From Candidatus Omnitrophota bacterium (lineage in GTDB: Bacteria; Omnitrophota; Gorgyraeia; B26-G9), in the NCBI GenBank assembly GCA_043814605.1, contig JBDRJV010000017.1, positions 5,445-69,444 on the forward strand: a stretch of 64,000 nucleotides of DNA, given 5' to 3'. The notes beneath the pieces are model-generated. The model was given only the letters and a program-made list of their open reading frames with translations. It was not told the origin of the DNA and ran no database searches. The position numbers were made by a program, and so were the translations under genes. This document shows, in pieces, positions 16,611 through 27,260 of the stretch. Positions within the stretch are counted from its first letter, which is position 1. Every line of letters begins with the position of its first letter.

Positions 16611-17249
16611 ATGAGTTTACCGAAAGAAAGAATGATCCTAGGCATAATCTTAACAATTATCGGCGGAACAATACTAATTACCAGCTTAGTTTTTGGAATA
16701 ATTAAGCTTGCTAACGGCCGTTACGAAGACATAAACATTTTCTCGGCAAGATTAACCGCACAAAATAAAAAAATTAATGCCGGTACTTTTATTGCGAATG
16801 CCAATGAAAGCCTTTCTTTCTGGCTGAAAGTTCCGGATCGACGTATTGAAAATCGCGATTTTCTGCTTTCGGTGAGCATTGAGGATCAAAATAACCAGGC
16901 TCTGGCTACCTGGATGAACAATTTTTCTTTGGGGTCATTGCGTAACAGTTCCGGTTTCGGACAATATTATGGCTTAGGAACGCATTACTTTCATAACGAT
17001 TTAGTGGCAAATTTAACTTATAAAATTCAAGGACAGTGGATTGCGCCTTATAAAGGGTATTTGGTTATTCGGAAAACCCGGCCGCTTAAAATCCCGACAA
17101 AGCATATTCTTTGCTTTACTTTAGGAATCATAATTATTTTTAGCGGCGTAGGAATCATCATTAAAAATAAAAAAATTCTTCAACAGTGTGATAACCTCGA
17201 ACAATATCTAAAAAATGGAATTAATCGACAAAAAGTTCAAAAAAAATAA
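16611..17249 (+). CDS. Hypothetical membrane-anchored protein (N- and C-terminal TM)
   Basis: ORF with hydrophobic ends. No family recognised. Confidence 0.45.
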   Translation: MSLPKERMILGIILTIIGGTILITSLVFGIIKLANGRYEDINIFSARLTAQNKKINAGTFIANANESLSFWLKVPDRRIENRDFLLSVSIEDQNNQALATWMNNFSLGSLRNSSGFGQYYGLGTHYFHNDLVANLTYKIQGQWIAPYKGYLVIRKTRPLKIPTKHILCFTLGIIIIFSGVGIIIKNKKILQQCDNLEQYLKNGINRQKVQKK

Positions 17250-17718
17250 ATCAAAATACATAATACAGTGCTTGTTGGCAATCGTTGCTGTTTTTTGTGT
17301 ATTAATGCTGCTGGATATTAAATCAAATGCCGCAATTATCGCATCTTTAGGAGCGAGTGCTTTTATTGCTTTTACGCAGCCAGATGAACAGCGTTCTCAA
17401 CCGCGCTTTCTTGTCGGGGGATATATCGTCGGGATTATTTCCGGATGTATCTGTTATGGAATTTCTCAAATCATGCTGATTCAAAACATACATTTTTTTG
17501 GTACTTTCCTGATGCTATTTTTTTCTGCTTTTGCTGTAGGATTATCCATGTTTTTAATGGTTATCACCAACACAGAGCATCCGCCGGCAACGGGTTTGGC
17601 TTTAGGTCTTTTTCTTAACGGGTGTCAATTCCGTTCGATTATGGTTATTTTAATCGGAATTATCGCGTTATCTATTGTAAAAAAAATACTCAAACCTTTT
17701 TTGACAAATTTAATTTAA
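17215..17718 (+). CDS. HPP family membrane protein
   Basis: Four TM helices. Conserved EHPPATG motif. Confidence 0.65.
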   Translation: MELIDKKFKKNKSKYIIQCLLAIVAVFCVLMLLDIKSNAAIIASLGASAFIAFTQPDEQRSQPRFLVGGYIVGIISGCICYGISQIMLIQNIHFFGTFLMLFFSAFAVGLSMFLMVITNTEHPPATGLALGLFLNGCQFRSIMVILIGIIALSIVKKILKPFLTNLI

Positions 17719-17769
17719 TCTTACCGGTAAGATTAAAAATAATTTTAAAAATTAAAAGGTAGATTTTAG

Positions 17770-18876
17770 ATGAAAGTTACGCGGAGAAAATTTTTAAATA
17801 TTTGTTTAAATACCGGGGCTTGGCTTGCAACATCTAATATAACTAAATTAACTGCGCAGGAAAAATTAAAAGAGTCGCAATATTATCTTGTAAAAGATAA
17901 TCTACAGGTACAATGTATTAAATGCCCCTATCAATGCCTGATAAAAAATCACCAGCGGGGATTTTGCCGGGTGCGGGAAAATCAGGGTGGTAAACTTTAT
18001 AGCATAACCTATGCTAATCCCTGCGCTGTTCATGTTGATCCAATTGAAAAAAAACCGTTTTTTCATGTTTTACCTGGCTCTCAATCATACTCCATAGCAA
18101 CAGTGGGCTGTAACCTAAGATGTAAATTTTGCCAGAATTGGCAGATATCTCAGAGTGATCCTGAAGATATTAAAAGCGTTTATCTGGAACCTGAAGACAT
18201 TGTTGCCGGAGCGAGGCAAACTAAGTGTTTATCCATTGCCTATACATATACGGAACCGACTGTTTTTTATGAATATTGTTTGGACATTTCAAAAATTGCT
18301 CAGGGATACGGAATTAAAAATGTAATGCACTCTAATGGTTACATAAACCCGGATCCATTACGAAAATTAGTTAAACATTTAGATGCTGTTAATGTTGATT
18401 TAAAATCATTTTCTGATGATTATTACCAAAAAGTTTGTCAAGGCGATTTAACAACAGTAACGAATAGCCTTAAAATCATAAAGCAGGAATTAGGAGTATG
18501 GCTGGAGTTAACTAATTTAGTTGTGCCTACACTTAATGATTATCCGGACCAAATTAAAATGATGTGCGATTGGATTGTGCAGGAATTAGGGCAGGAAGTT
18601 CCTTTACACTTTTCGCGTTTTTATCCAACATATAAATTAAGCTCGCTCGCACCGACCCCGCTAAGTACTTTAGAAAAAGCTTATCAAATCGCAAAACAAG
18701 CCGGACTATACTTTGTTTATATCGGAAATGTACCGGGGCATAAAACAGAAAATACTTATTGTCCAGAATGTTCAAATATATTAATTGAACGTTCTGGATA
18801 TGTTGTCATTAAAAATTCAATAGGGAAAGGGGTATGCAGCAAATGCAGCAGAAATATACCGGGTATCTGGGCATAA
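17770..18876 (+). CDS. AmmeMemoRadiSam system radical SAM enzyme, with twin-arginine (Tat)-type N-terminal signal
   Basis: MKVTRRKFLN… matches S/T-RRxFLK. GCNLRCKFCQNWQIS radical-SAM cluster motif (PFL-activase-like). C-terminal CxxC…CxxC. Overall length and layout typical of this family. Confidence 0.8.
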   Translation: MKVTRRKFLNICLNTGAWLATSNITKLTAQEKLKESQYYLVKDNLQVQCIKCPYQCLIKNHQRGFCRVRENQGGKLYSITYANPCAVHVDPIEKKPFFHVLPGSQSYSIATVGCNLRCKFCQNWQISQSDPEDIKSVYLEPEDIVAGARQTKCLSIAYTYTEPTVFYEYCLDISKIAQGYGIKNVMHSNGYINPDPLRKLVKHLDAVNVDLKSFSDDYYQKVCQGDLTTVTNSLKIIKQELGVWLELTNLVVPTLNDYPDQIKMMCDWIVQELGQEVPLHFSRFYPTYKLSSLAPTPLSTLEKAYQIAKQAGLYFVYIGNVPGHKTENTYCPECSNILIERSGYVVIKNSIGKGVCSKCSRNIPGIWA

Positions 18877-20360
18877 AAAAAAGAAGGATTTTAACGATCT
18901 TGTTTTGTTTTACTCTGCTTTTGAATTTCTCAATTTTTAATCTAAGTGCCGCTGAATCCAAACTGATAAAAAAAGCCAATGTCAGCGGAACATTTTACCC
19001 GGCTCAAAAACAGGAACTTTCCGATTTAATCGACACTTTTTTAACTCAGACTCCGCAATTAAAACAACCCGGCCAACTCTGCGGCCTAATCAGCCCGCAT
19101 GCAGGATTAATTTACTCCGGGGCGGTTGCCGGTTACGGTTACAGTTTAATCAGAAATAAAAACTATAAAACAATTATTATTTTAGCGCCCAGCCATTACT
19201 TTCCGCTGGAAAAAGCAGCTACTTATCAAAAAGGATCTTTCCGCACACCCTTAGGTGATATCCCGGTTGATGAAGCTTTAATTGAAGAAATTATTACGAA
19301 AAACAAAAACATTGTTTACAATCCACAGGTTTTTGAGAGAGAACATTCACTGGAAGTTCAACTGCCATTTTTACAAAAATCTTTAAATAATTTTTCCCTC
19401 GTCCCGATTCTTTTGAGTAATCATTCTTTGGATTTATACCGCGAGCTGGCTCAGACATTGGCAGAGGTTATCAAAGAAAAAAATGACATATTAATCATCG
19501 CCAGTTCGGATATGTCCCATTTTCATCCCGATGAAAAAGCCAAGGAAATTGATAAACAAACTTTAAAATTAATCAAAAACGGAAAAGCAGAAGAACTGTT
19601 TAAGGGCTCAGTTTTGAAAAAAAATGAATTATGCGGTTTGTCCGGGGTCGTAACTTTAATGCTCACAATGGAAAAATTAGATGCAACTCAGATCGAAATT
19701 TTGCATTATGCCACGAGTGCGGATACGACAAATTCAGATAAAACAAGGGTTGTAGGATACAGTAGTATTGCTTTCTTTAAGCCACTGAATAAAGATGAAA
19801 ATAAAAAGGAGAAAAATAAAATGCTGACGCAAGCGCAAAAAAAAGAATTAATAATGCTGGCTAAAGATTCCATCAATCAATATGTAACTAGTAAAACTAA
19901 AATTATTCCGAAAACTACGGACATTTTGTTTTTAGAGCCGCGCGGTGCTTTTGTCACCCTACACAAAAATAAGAAACTGCGTGGTTGCATCGGCCGGATT
20001 ATTGCCGATAAACCTTTAATCAATGTAATTGCCGAAACGGCGGTTGAGGCCGCCACTGGTGATCCCCGTTTTCCCCCGGTTACGAAAAGCGAACTACCTG
20101 AGCTAGAACTTGAAATATCTGTACTTTCACCTTTAAAAGAGATTACGAATATTAATGAAATTGAAGTGGGAACACACGGAGTGATCATTCAAAAAGGGTT
20201 TAATTCCGGATTGCTCTTACCCCAGGTAGCCACGGAATACGGTTGGGATAGGGAAGAGTTTTTACAACATACCTGCCATAAAGCTGGTCTTGGGCCAAAT
20301 GCATGGCGAGAAAATGCACAAATTTATATTTTCAGTGCAGAAGTTTTTTCGGAAGAATAG
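18834..20360 (+). CDS. Fused MEMO1-like (AmmeMemoRadiSam protein B) + AMMECR1 (protein A) protein with N-terminal RR signal-like segment
   Basis: N-half: GTFYPAQ…LISPHAGLIYSG (MEMO/DUF52). C-half: …LRGCIGRI…GDPRFPPV…LLLPQVA (AMMECR1). N-terminus KKRRILTILFCFTLLLNFSIFNLSAAES. Overlaps the rSAM gene by 43 nt (start may be M5 at 18846). Confidence 0.8.
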   Translation: MQQMQQKYTGYLGIKKRRILTILFCFTLLLNFSIFNLSAAESKLIKKANVSGTFYPAQKQELSDLIDTFLTQTPQLKQPGQLCGLISPHAGLIYSGAVAGYGYSLIRNKNYKTIIILAPSHYFPLEKAATYQKGSFRTPLGDIPVDEALIEEIITKNKNIVYNPQVFEREHSLEVQLPFLQKSLNNFSLVPILLSNHSLDLYRELAQTLAEVIKEKNDILIIASSDMSHFHPDEKAKEIDKQTLKLIKNGKAEELFKGSVLKKNELCGLSGVVTLMLTMEKLDATQIEILHYATSADTTNSDKTRVVGYSSIAFFKPLNKDENKKEKNKMLTQAQKKELIMLAKDSINQYVTSKTKIIPKTTDILFLEPRGAFVTLHKNKKLRGCIGRIIADKPLINVIAETAVEAATGDPRFPPVTKSELPELELEISVLSPLKEITNINEIEVGTHGVIIQKGFNSGLLLPQVATEYGWDREEFLQHTCHKAGLGPNAWRENAQIYIFSAEVFSEE

Positions 20361-20440
20361 CAGCGTGAGATTATCCCGGTTTTTATCATAATCATTTAAA
20401 AATCCCGAATTATGATCAAATTTTAAAAATTGCTTTAAAA

Positions 20441-21622
20441 ATGCAGAAAACTAACCAAAAAATTAAGGTCCTCCATATAATAACCCGAATGATCATTGGC
20501 GGGGCACAGGAAAATACTTTAGATACAGTGATTGAATTAGGAAAAAATAAAAATTATGAAGTACAATTATTCTCAGGATACACATCTGGACCAGAAGGCA
20601 GTTTAATAAGTAAAGCTGTATCTAATTGCACATTAAAAATCTCTAAATTTTTAATCCGGGATATTAACCCGATTATGGATTTTATCGCTTTAATTCAATT
20701 ATATTTTTTTATTAAAAAAAATAAATTTGATATTGTTCATACGCACAGTTCAAAAGCAGGCATTTTAGGCAGATTTGCAGCAAAATTAGCAAAAACACCC
20801 ATAATTATCCATACTGTTCATGGCCTGCCTTTTTTTAAAGCACAAAATAAAATATTAAATAAAATCTACTTATTACTGGAAAAAATTACGGCACGTTTTA
20901 CGCATAAAATTATTTGCGTCAGCCCCTCGCTTATAGAAGATGCGGTAAGCGCCGGAGTGGGGAAACGGGAAAAATTTGTTAGTGTATATAGCGGTATTGA
21001 ACTGGAGAAATTTAAAAAAAATGTTAGAGAAAAACAAACGCTCAGAAAAAAACTCGGCTTTTCAGAACATGATATAGTTATTGGCAATTTAAGCCGGCTA
21101 TTTACTCATAAAGGCCATGAATTTTTACTGCAAGCGGCAAAAATTATCATGCAAAAATATCCGAAGACAAAACTGCTTTTAATCGGTGATGGAATTTTAA
21201 GGAATAAATTAAAAATTTTAGCCGGAAACTTGAGGATTGAGAAAAATATTGTGTTTACCGGGTTAATTGTTCCGGGAAAAGTTCCCCAATATTTACAAAT
21301 TATAGATATTCTTATGCACACATCTTTACATGAAGGGCTGCCTCGCGCCGCAGTTCAAGCATTCGCTTTAGAAATCCCCGTTATTGGCTTTGATATAGAC
21401 GGAACACGCGATGTTATAAAAAATAATGTGAATGGGTTTCTTATTGCCCCTAAAAATGTGGCCGGTTTAGCCGCGGCAGCTTTAAAACTTATGGAAAATA
21501 GAAAACTGGCACAAAGAATGGGCAAGCAGGGGGCTGATTTTGTCCGGGATGTTTTTAATTTAAAAACCATGATTGCTTCCATCGATTTTATCTATCAGGA
21601 TTTACGATTATGTGGGAAATAG
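20441..21622 (+). CDS. Glycosyltransferase family 4 (GT-B fold)
   Basis: N-terminal GGAQE…, C-terminal E-x7-E-like region (…HTSLHEGLPRAAVQAFALEIPVIG). Confidence 0.8.
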   Translation: MQKTNQKIKVLHIITRMIIGGAQENTLDTVIELGKNKNYEVQLFSGYTSGPEGSLISKAVSNCTLKISKFLIRDINPIMDFIALIQLYFFIKKNKFDIVHTHSSKAGILGRFAAKLAKTPIIIHTVHGLPFFKAQNKILNKIYLLLEKITARFTHKIICVSPSLIEDAVSAGVGKREKFVSVYSGIELEKFKKNVREKQTLRKKLGFSEHDIVIGNLSRLFTHKGHEFLLQAAKIIMQKYPKTKLLLIGDGILRNKLKILAGNLRIEKNIVFTGLIVPGKVPQYLQIIDILMHTSLHEGLPRAAVQAFALEIPVIGFDIDGTRDVIKNNVNGFLIAPKNVAGLAAAALKLMENRKLAQRMGKQGADFVRDVFNLKTMIASIDFIYQDLRLCGK

Positions 21623-22683
21623 CCTATTACTATATTTTTTTATTTGGATTAATCTGTTCTTATTTATTTGTGCTTTTTTTTAAAAAAATTGCTTTGCGTT
21701 TTAATATTGTTGATTTTCCGGATAAGGAACGAAAAACTCACAAGTATCCTATTCCACTTTTAGGCGGCGTAGGCATGTTTATTGCCTATCTGAGCACAAT
21801 TACAGTTAATTTATTTTTGCTCCTATATTTACATCAACAAAACCTGCTTCCGCAAGAAATTTCTTTACATCTTGCGGGAGTTTTTTCTGTTTTAAGAATT
21901 CTCAGTGTCTTGGTCATCTGTACTTTAGCTATGGTAACTGTGGGACTCATTGATGATCTGAGAAAAATATCTGCAAAGTTTAAATTAGTTCTAGAGGTAA
22001 TTTTATGCTGTATTCTCTTTTTTAACGGAATAAAAATTAGTTTATTTATTGATAATCAAATTTTCCAGGTGGTTTTAACCTTTTTTTGGATAATTGGCAT
22101 TACCAATGCTTTTAACCTTTTGGATAATATGGACGGATTATGTGCATTAACTGCATTAATCAGCAGCACTATTTTCTTAATCTGGTCATTAATTAGTTCT
22201 CAAATTTTTATGGTATTAATACTGGCTTGTTTTTGCGGTGTGCTTTCAGGGTTTTTGTTTTTTAATTTTCCTCCGGCTAAAATATTTATGGGAGATGCGG
22301 GAAGCTTATTTATTGGCTTCACTTTAAGCATTTTAACTATTCTTAATACCTATTATTTACCTTCAGCTAAAAAAGCAATTATCGTAATTATGCCGCTGGT
22401 AATTATGGCTATTCCCATATTTGATACAATTTCAGTAATTATTATCCGAATTAAAAATAGAAAATCAATTTTTACTGCGGATAAAAATCATTTATCTCAC
22501 CGCCTGATCAAAAAAGGAATGTCTGAAAAGCAGTCCCTGGCTTTTATTTGTTTAATAAATACTTGTATTGGGCTGGGAGCGCTTATGTTTTTCTGGGTCA
22601 AGATGCGCTCGGGCACTCTTATTTTAATTCAAGCAATATGTATTGTCTTGATCATCTTAATTTTCGCGAGGATGAAAAAATGA
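21610..22683 (+). CDS. Polyprenyl-phosphate N-acetylhexosamine-1-phosphate transferase (WecA/MraY/TagO family)
   Basis: Multi-TM. NAFNLLDNMDGL signature, plus a second conserved Asp-containing block (MGDAGSLFIG). Confidence 0.8.
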   Translation: MWEIAYYYIFLFGLICSYLFVLFFKKIALRFNIVDFPDKERKTHKYPIPLLGGVGMFIAYLSTITVNLFLLLYLHQQNLLPQEISLHLAGVFSVLRILSVLVICTLAMVTVGLIDDLRKISAKFKLVLEVILCCILFFNGIKISLFIDNQIFQVVLTFFWIIGITNAFNLLDNMDGLCALTALISSTIFLIWSLISSQIFMVLILACFCGVLSGFLFFNFPPAKIFMGDAGSLFIGFTLSILTILNTYYLPSAKKAIIVIMPLVIMAIPIFDTISVIIIRIKNRKSIFTADKNHLSHRLIKKGMSEKQSLAFICLINTCIGLGALMFFWVKMRSGTLILIQAICIVLIILIFARMKK

Positions 22684-24650
22684 GTGTTTTGATTTTCTGT
22701 CTCTTACTGGTCGGGGTGTGTTTTTGTTGGTTAGTATTTAGAAGACTACCTCAATTAAATACACTCGAACGCATGATTTTAATTTTAACTTTCGCAATAT
22801 TGTTTTTTAGGCCAATTATGGGAGATGCCTTTTTCACGGGCGTTAATACTTTTTTTTTAATTTCGGTTTTATTCGCCGCGTTATTATTACTGATCAATAA
22901 AACAGTAAAATTAAATTCAAAGAAAGCATCGTTAAATAGTGCAGACACCTCTGATTTTTATTTTTTACAAACCTTTGAATTTAACAATTTTTTATTTATC
23001 ATTACCTTATTCATCGCCTTAAAATTTTCGGCCAGTCTGAACAGCGGATTAAACCAGCTATTAAATTGGTTCATGCTTTTTATATTTTATTTAACTCTAA
23101 AGTGTACAATAAATAATAAACAAAATATAAACTGGCTGTTCTTCTGTTTAGGCGCCTCGGCTGTAATGGTCACAAGTTACGGAATATATCAATATGCCTA
23201 CGGATTTAATATCCTGCGTGAGTTTTTAAAAAACAATTCCGCGCTGATGAATTACAGTCCTGATTTCCTGCGCAGACTTTCTGCAAATACTATTTTTTCC
23301 ACTTTTGTTTATGCCCCGGCATTTGCTGGCTATTTGAATATGATTTTTTTTAGTTTTTTAGGTTATTTATTTTATTTAAAGGAAAAACCTGATTTAGATA
23401 AAAAAGAGAAAGCCGTTTCAATATTTTTAATTATATATTTATTCATAATAATTCCGGTTTTAATTCTTACTGAATCAAAAGGAGGGTGGTTTTCTTTTCT
23501 TTTTGCTTTAGCAATCTTCATTCGGCTGGGATTAAGAAACCATCTAAAAGAACTGATCAAAATTTTTATCTTGGCTTTTACGGCAATACTCCTGGTTGGT
23601 TTTCTCAGTTTTAGAATTTTTCCTAAAATAAAATTTCCTGAAATTAATAACTTTTTGTTATCGCTTGATGTAAGAATTGAATATTGGAAAGCAGCGATCA
23701 ATATGATTCTTGAAAAACCCGTTTGGGGGTGGGGACCGGGTTGTTTTAGTTTTATTTATCCCCTGTTTAAAACAAAATTGGCCGAAGAAACAATTATGGC
23801 GCATAACAGTTATTTACAGATCTGGGCAGAAGGAGGCATATTTAGTTTTACAATTTTTATCTGGCTGTGGATTAATTTTATCCTGCAAGGCATTAAAATC
23901 ATCCATAAAACTCTTACCAGCAGATTTATTTTAATCGGACTCTATTGCGCGGTGATTTCTTTTTTAGCCCATAATTTTATTGACTTTGGTTTCTATGAAT
24001 CGCAAACTGCTTTAATCGCCTATGCACTTGTGGCATTGTTTTTTTTAACAACTAATATTTTTGATCCAAACATAAATAAAGATCTTAAAATTAATAATAT
24101 TTTTAAAACTAAAGCACTCCTGACTGCGGCAATGTTAATTATTGTTTTTACGCTTTTTTATGCCGGTTTAAAATATAGCGGTGAAATCTATACTTTTAAA
24201 TTTCATCAGGCAATCAGCAGAAATAAACCCGAACTTGCCCTGGGATTTATCCGCAAAGCCTCAAAACTTGACCCCTTAAACTCTGATTATGTTTTTAAAC
24301 AAGCATTATTGCAAGAGTCACTTTATTTTAATAAACAAAAAAAACTTTCCTTTAAAAGCAGCAGCCTTCCTGAAATTATTTTATTATATAAAAAAGCGAT
24401 CCGCCTGAATCCTTATATCGCTTATTACCATTTTCGTTTGGGAGAATTTTTAATGCAAACTGATGCATTAGCAAATAAAGATGAAGCACTTTATCACTAT
24501 ATTCGCGCTAAAGAAATTTACCCGTTAAAACCGTTTTATCATGAACAAATCGCGCGAGTTTATGATATAATAGGCAATAAGGAATTATCAGCTTACGAAA
24601 AAAGTATTGCTGAATATCTCCGCCAATTTTACTTTACCGGAACAAAATAA
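22680..24650 (+). CDS. O-antigen ligase (Wzy_C)-like polytopic membrane protein with C-terminal TPR repeats
   Basis: ≥10 TM helices. Wzy_C-like loop (…HNSYLQIWAEGG…). TPR-like C-terminal ~200 aa. Start moved from 22548 to ATG 22680 (ATGA overlap with upstream stop). Confidence 0.65.
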   Translation: MSVLIFCLLLVGVCFCWLVFRRLPQLNTLERMILILTFAILFFRPIMGDAFFTGVNTFFLISVLFAALLLLINKTVKLNSKKASLNSADTSDFYFLQTFEFNNFLFIITLFIALKFSASLNSGLNQLLNWFMLFIFYLTLKCTINNKQNINWLFFCLGASAVMVTSYGIYQYAYGFNILREFLKNNSALMNYSPDFLRRLSANTIFSTFVYAPAFAGYLNMIFFSFLGYLFYLKEKPDLDKKEKAVSIFLIIYLFIIIPVLILTESKGGWFSFLFALAIFIRLGLRNHLKELIKIFILAFTAILLVGFLSFRIFPKIKFPEINNFLLSLDVRIEYWKAAINMILEKPVWGWGPGCFSFIYPLFKTKLAEETIMAHNSYLQIWAEGGIFSFTIFIWLWINFILQGIKIIHKTLTSRFILIGLYCAVISFLAHNFIDFGFYESQTALIAYALVALFFLTTNIFDPNINKDLKINNIFKTKALLTAAMLIIVFTLFYAGLKYSGEIYTFKFHQAISRNKPELALGFIRKASKLDPLNSDYVFKQALLQESLYFNKQKKLSFKSSSLPEIILLYKKAIRLNPYIAYYHFRLGEFLMQTDALANKDEALYHYIRAKEIYPLKPFYHEQIARVYDIIGNKELSAYEKSIAEYLRQFYFTGTK

Positions 24651-24671
24651 AGAGGAGGGCAATAAATAAAC

Positions 24672-25118
24672 ATGTCTAATATACTTGTGATCCACGGTCC
24701 AAATTTAAACCTTTTAGGCACTCGCGAACCAGAGATTTATGGCAATGTAACCTTAGAACACATAAATAAAAAAATTAAAGAATGGGCAAAACAAAATAGA
24801 GTCGGAATAGAAATTATACAATCAAATCATGAAGGGGATATAGTTGATAAAATTGGGCAGGCTCAGGATTCTTTTGATTTAATTTTAATAAACCCCGCTG
24901 CTTATACGCACACAAGCATTGCCATTCGCGATGCAATTAGTGCCATAAAAATTCCTGTCATTGAGGTCCATTTATCTAATATTTACGCACGGGAGGAATT
25001 CCGGCATACTTCTGTCACAGCCACTGCTTGTTACGGACAAGTGAGCGGATTTGGCGATTTCAGTTATATTTTAGGTTTAGAAGCAGCTTTAAAAATCATA
25101 AAGAATAAAAATGATTGA
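24672..25118 (+). CDS. aroQ: 3-dehydroquinate dehydratase, type II
   Basis: [21 protein letters not shown]… and [13 protein letters not shown] signature. Confidence 0.9.
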   Translation: MSNILVIHGPNLNLLGTREPEIYGNVTLEHINKKIKEWAKQNRVGIEIIQSNHEGDIVDKIGQAQDSFDLILINPAAYTHTSIAIRDAISAIKIPVIEVHLSNIYAREEFRHTSVTATACYGQVSGFGDFSYILGLEAALKIIKNKND

Positions 25119-26169
25119 GCAACGACTTAGTAAAATTAGGGATTTTTTAAAAAAAAATAAAACAGATGCAATCCTTATTAAATCCGCAGCTAATGTAAGA
25201 TATTTATCCGGATTTACAGGGGATAGCTGCTATTTATTGATTACGCTAAAAAATAATTATTTTTTGGGTGATTTTCGGTATATTCTACAAGCAAATAACC
25301 AGTTGGGTCAGATTTTTAAAATTATTAAACTCAGGGTTTCTTTTATTAGCAGTATTAGAAAAATTATTAGGAAAGAAAAAATTATAAAATTAAATTTTGA
25401 GTCAGCACAATTTACTTTTGCCCAATACCAGCAAATGTCTTCCGGGTTAAAAAACTTGCCTAAATTTAAATTAATTCCGTTAAAAAATATTGTAGAAAAA
25501 TTAAGAGAAATTAAATCAGATGCGGAAATAGAAATTATTAGAAAAACACAATCAATAACTAAAAAATCTGTAGCTCAGATTAAATCTTTTATCAAAATTG
25601 GCCGAACTGAACTGCAAATTAAACAAAAACTGGAACAAATTCTCATTACCAACGGCTCAGAAGGCTTTGCCTTTGATATAATCGTAGCTTCCGGACCGAA
25701 TACCGCCATGCCGCATGCTCAATCAACGCAAAGAAAAATCAGGCCAAATGAACCAATTATTATTGATGCGGGGATAATTTTCCAAGGCTATAGATCTGAC
25801 TTGACAAGAACTTTCTTTTCAGGTAAAATTACGCAATACACGAAGTATAAGAAATATTATAAACTTGTTGCCACAGCACAAGATAGAGCGATAAAATTGA
25901 TCCGGCCGAATGTTATGATCAGTAAAATTGATCAGGCCGCAAGAAGTGTTTTTAAACAAGCCCGGCTTAATCAATATTTCGGCCATGCTTTGGGACATGG
26001 AATCGGGTTGGAAATTCACGAGACTCCGAGTATTTCCCAAAAAAATAAACAACGATTGGTTCCCGGAATGATTTTTACAATTGAGCCAGGATTGTATATA
26101 CCCAATTTTGGCGGGATTAGGATAGAAGATGTTGTCTTAGTAACAAAAAAAGGATGTGAAATAATATAG
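25111..26169 (+). CDS. M24 family Xaa-Pro aminopeptidase
   Basis: Pita-bread metal-binding blocks (DAGI…, [20 protein letters not shown]). Confidence 0.85.
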   Translation: MIEQRLSKIRDFLKKNKTDAILIKSAANVRYLSGFTGDSCYLLITLKNNYFLGDFRYILQANNQLGQIFKIIKLRVSFISSIRKIIRKEKIIKLNFESAQFTFAQYQQMSSGLKNLPKFKLIPLKNIVEKLREIKSDAEIEIIRKTQSITKKSVAQIKSFIKIGRTELQIKQKLEQILITNGSEGFAFDIIVASGPNTAMPHAQSTQRKIRPNEPIIIDAGIIFQGYRSDLTRTFFSGKITQYTKYKKYYKLVATAQDRAIKLIRPNVMISKIDQAARSVFKQARLNQYFGHALGHGIGLEIHETPSISQKNKQRLVPGMIFTIEPGLYIPNFGGIRIEDVVLVTKKGCEII

Positions 26170-26171
26170 CG

Positions 26172-26729
26172 ATGATCAGTGCGAACCAGTTTAAATCAGG
26201 TTTAACTATAGAATACGAGGGTCAATTGTTTGCAGTTGTTGAATACCAACATGTGAAACCCGGTAAAGGCGGAGCTTTTGTCCGGACTAAATTAAGAAGT
26301 TTAAGAACAAAACGTATAGTGGAAAAAACTTTCCGGCCGGATGAAAAATTTCAAGATGCATTTGTTGAAGAGAAAAAGATGCAATATTTATATTCATCGG
26401 CAAATACATATCACTTTATGGATCAAGAAACATTTGAAGAATTTACACTTGATTCTGAAAAACTAGCAGATATTGCAAGTTATCTTAAGGAAAATATGGA
26501 GGTTGGCGTTATAATTTACAAACATGAAGTTATTGAAGTAAAACTGCCAATCTTTATTGAATCAAAGATTGAACATACGGAACCGGGAATAAAAGGGGAT
26601 ACTGCCAGGAATTCTTTTAAGCCGGCAACAATTGAAACCGGGGCAATAATTCAAGTCCCTTTATTTATTAATAACGGAGACCGCATAAAAATTGATACTC
26701 GAACGGGTGAATATGTAGAACGAGTTTAA
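26172..26729 (+). CDS. efp: Elongation factor P
   Basis: 185 aa. Conserved KPGKGGAFVRTKLR loop. Confidence 0.9.
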   Translation: MISANQFKSGLTIEYEGQLFAVVEYQHVKPGKGGAFVRTKLRSLRTKRIVEKTFRPDEKFQDAFVEEKKMQYLYSSANTYHFMDQETFEEFTLDSEKLADIASYLKENMEVGVIIYKHEVIEVKLPIFIESKIEHTEPGIKGDTARNSFKPATIETGAIIQVPLFINNGDRIKIDTRTGEYVERV

Positions 26730-26766
26730 TCTTTTTAACCGGGATTTTCCTGTAAAGGAGATAGGT

Positions 26767-27243
26767 ATGAATTTAAAAGAAATAAAAGAGATGATATCTT
26801 TAATGAATGAAAATAATTTAACAGAATTGGAGTTAGAAAGAGAAGGGCTTAAAATTCGTCTAAAAAGAGGCGGCTCCAGTTCATTGGATGCTTCAAACAT
26901 TGTGGTCGAACGCATGAATATGCAAGAATTAACGCAAGGCTCCCGCGCGCAAATTATGTCACCAACTGAAAATTCAAATCAGGCAACAACAATTACGGAT
27001 AACTTTATTGAAATAAAAGCGCCTATGGTGGGAACATTTTACACTGCTCCTTCGCCCGATGCTTCTCCTTTTGTGTCAGTTGGTTCAACGCTTGAGATTG
27101 GTCAGGTTGTCTGCATTATTGAAGCAATGAAATTAATGAACGAAATTAAGTCAGAAGTAAAAGGAATCGTGAAAGAAATATTAATAGAAAACGCCGACCC
27201 GATTGAATTTGGACAGGTACTGTTTAAAATTGAACCCCTTTAA
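26767..27243 (+). CDS. accB: Acetyl-CoA carboxylase biotin carboxyl carrier protein
   Basis: Biotinyl-Lys motif IEAMKLMNEI in the C-terminal lipoyl-like domain. Confidence 0.85.
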   Translation: MNLKEIKEMISLMNENNLTELELEREGLKIRLKRGGSSSLDASNIVVERMNMQELTQGSRAQIMSPTENSNQATTITDNFIEIKAPMVGTFYTAPSPDASPFVSVGSTLEIGQVVCIIEAMKLMNEIKSEVKGIVKEILIENADPIEFGQVLFKIEPL

Positions 27244-27260
27244 AAAAATAAATTGACTAT

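Noticed and set aside
22548-22679. Extended N-terminus of the O-antigen-ligase-like ORF
   Set aside because: Overlaps the preceding WecA-like gene in another frame. ATG at 22680 forms an ATGA stop/start overlap and begins directly at the first TM helix.
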